NCBI RefSeq assembly: GCF_032577575.1
Contig: NZ_JAWFVO010000003.1
Location: 122,793 to 186,792 of the forward strand
Direction of reading: 5' to 3'
DNA from: Veillonella parvula
GTDB lineage: Bacteria; Bacillota; Negativicutes; Veillonellales; Veillonellaceae
DNA: 64,000 nt
Below the pieces are notes generated by a model. It was not told where the DNA came from, did no database searches, and saw nothing but the letters and a program-made list of their open reading frames with translations. A program made the translations under genes and the position numbers. This document shows positions 61,984 through 64,000 of this stretch, in pieces; within the stretch, counting starts at the first letter, position 1, and every line of letters begins with the position of its first letter.

Positions 61984-62293
61984 ATTTATGAGAATACTAG
62001 TGATGTTTGATCTACCGACGTTGACTTCGGAAGATAGAAAAGAATATAGGAATTTTAGGAAGTATTTAATTGTATCAGGATTCCTCATGTTACAAGAATC
62101 TGTGTACTCAAAATTAGTTCTTAATACAACTAGTGCCAACATTATAATGGACCATGTACGTAAAAATAAGCCACCTAATGGTAGCTTGTTTATGTTAACT
62201 GTTACAGAAAAACAGTTTTCAAGAATGGAGATTGTAGTGGGCGATAAGCAAAGTGAGGTTATAGACTCAACGGAGAGGGTGCTTATGATATGA
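61973..62293 (+). CDS. cas2: Cas2, type II
   Basis: MSYRFMRILVMFDLP, LQESVY, VTEKQF. Confidence 0.95.
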   Translation: MSYRFMRILVMFDLPTLTSEDRKEYRNFRKYLIVSGFLMLQESVYSKLVLNTTSANIIMDHVRKNKPPNGSLFMLTVTEKQFSRMEIVVGDKQSEVIDSTERVLMI

Positions 62294-62962
62294 AATTGAT
62301 GTATCAAGATTCTACGTTAGACTTTGAAGTATCTAGTGATAAGGCAACTGTTATATCATTTGAGAATTGTAAAGTATTTCGACGTATGGTCACAGAGCTT
62401 GATATACAATGCGATGGAGGGGACGGCCCCTGGATTTTAAATGATAATAATAAGGCGTTCAATTTAGATAAATATGGACATATAATATAATCCATTATAT
62501 GTAGATATAAATAGTAAAGCCTTATTAACCAAATTACAAAATCAATTATCTAAAGAAGCCTTGTTGATGACAGAAGAGGTGGCAGATATTGTAAATCGTC
62601 TTTATGCTTTTTATTATTCTTTAGAATTTGGATATCCTTTATCAATCCAACATAAACTTGAAATTGGTACTGCTGAACTTATTAAGCTAGGTAGCTTTAA
62701 CTTTGAGTTTAATCGTACAGGGGATATCATGGATCTCATGTCTTATATAGAAGTGGTGGATACATTATTATCTCCCATGTTATATATTATGGTAAATCTA
62801 GATTTAGTTTTAAATGATGATGAGATTAATGCATTTTATCAAAACATGTTGAGTAGACAATTACGATTAGTTTGTTTAACGACAGGATCTTTTGATAAAG
62901 AAAATCTTGATAAAAGCCTTATAAATGGGTATATTTTAGATGATGATTTCTGTGTTATTTAA
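62290..62962 (+). pseudogene. csn2: csn2, frameshifted at ~62486
   Basis: Two ORFs in different frames joined at ATATAATATAAT; ends ILDDDFCVI. Confidence 0.82.
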
Positions 62963-63026
62963 AGTGGATACAGAATTACACCTGGTGGTAGCCCGAGTTA
63001 CTCTTGAGCCTCAAATTTAATTTGGG

Positions 63027-63986
63027 GTTTGAGAGTAGTGTAATTCTGTAAACCTCTAAAACATTACCACAGGCTATACAGTAAAGAGCGTTGTTTGAGA
63101 GTAGTGTAATTCTGTAAACCTCTAAAACAATTATATGGTATTCACTGGTCCTCATGTAGTTTGAGAGTAGTGTAATTCTGTAAACCTCTAAAACTTGACC
63201 ACTACTTCAGGCTTGTCGAGTTGCGTTTGAGAGTAGTGTAATTCTGTAAACCTCTAAAACATTACCTTTATTGTATGGATGTTCTCCTAAGTTTGAGAGT
63301 AGTGTAATTCTGTAAACCTCTAAAACAGCGCGGACATAGTGACGCGCAACATTAGTGTTTGAGAGTAGTGTAATTCTGTAAACCTCTAAAACCCGTATTG
63401 TTGAGGCGGCATTAAATCAGTTGTTTGAGAGTAGTGTAATTCTATAAACCTCTAAAACCGGTATTATGATATGGATTTTGACTGGCTAGTTTGAGAGTAG
63501 TGTAATTCTATAAACCTCTAAAACTGCCAGTACCGTTGGCACGTTTCATGGACAGTTTGAGAGTAGTGTAATTCTATAAACCTCTAAAACTTTGTGAAGC
63601 TTAATACTACCCTTGCAAGTGTTTGAGAGTAGTGTAATTCTATAAACCTCTAAAACTCTTATTGTTTATCACACGATCTACTACAAGTTTGAGAGTAGTG
63701 TAATTCTATAAACCTCTAAAACGAAAGAGTTAGAGATAGAGAAAGAGTTAGAGTTTGAGAGTAGTGTAATTCTGTAAACCTCTAAAACTCCATTGCTCAA
63801 AAAAATGGCTTTAAGCCAGTTTGAGAGTAGTGTAATTCTGTAAACCTCTAAAACGCTGCGGCGGTAAATAGCAATAGTCAATTAGTTTGAGAGTAGTGTA
63901 ATTCTGTAAACCTCTAAAACGCCATCGTCTACCCATTGATTTACCGATACGTTTGAGAGTAGTGTAATTCTGTAAATCTCTAAAAT
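63027..63986 (+). CRISPR. Array 9, type II-A repeat GTTTGAGAGTAGTGTAATTCTGTAAACCTCTAAAAC, 15 repeats/14 spacers of 30 nt
   Basis: 66-nt period; repeats 7-11 carry a G>A variant; last repeat degenerate. Confidence 0.98.
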
Positions 63987-64000
63987 TGTAGAAGAATTCA

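Noticed and set aside
1..64000. Reverse transcriptase, transposase, integrase, tRNA or rRNA genes; self-targeting spacers
   Set aside because: No motifs recognised and both type III Cas1 proteins are unfused; the spacer self-match check was by eye only and found none

Overview
AT-rich Firmicutes/Negativicutes DNA, probably Veillonella (inferred from the Cas9, repeats and gene context). A housekeeping left end (gyrA 3' end, Fic, [FeFe] hydrogenase, GH3-like lipoprotein, ATPase, sigma factor, ComK-like gene) is followed by a ~54 kb CRISPR/defence island. The island has 9 arrays of 3 repeat families (about 91 spacers by my count), a type III-D effector operon, two CARF-HEPN nucleases, a putative ring nuclease, a double-WYL regulator, three cas1/cas2 pairs, two cas6, a GmrSD-like gene, a PRTase-DprA-HAD module, a type I toxin-antitoxin locus, and a type II-A system with intact cas9/tracrRNA but broken cas1 and csn2. 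The most unusual signals are not in the ORF track. (1) A conserved ~104-nt element is embedded inside CRISPR repeats, making 157-nt repeats; it starts with ATG-Arg-Arg-Arg exactly at the predicted Cas6 cut. (2) Cassettes of 9-35 aa micro-ORFs with strong RBSs lie between the arrays. (3) These cassettes and two operons share a non-canonical promoter, YCYTAGTTWTYWTGAWT-N22-TATAMT, with fixed spacing: a candidate WYL regulon. (4) A structured RNA displaying three anti-Shine-Dalgarno motifs sits under the same promoter. Product calls come from motif recognition only; no searches were run.
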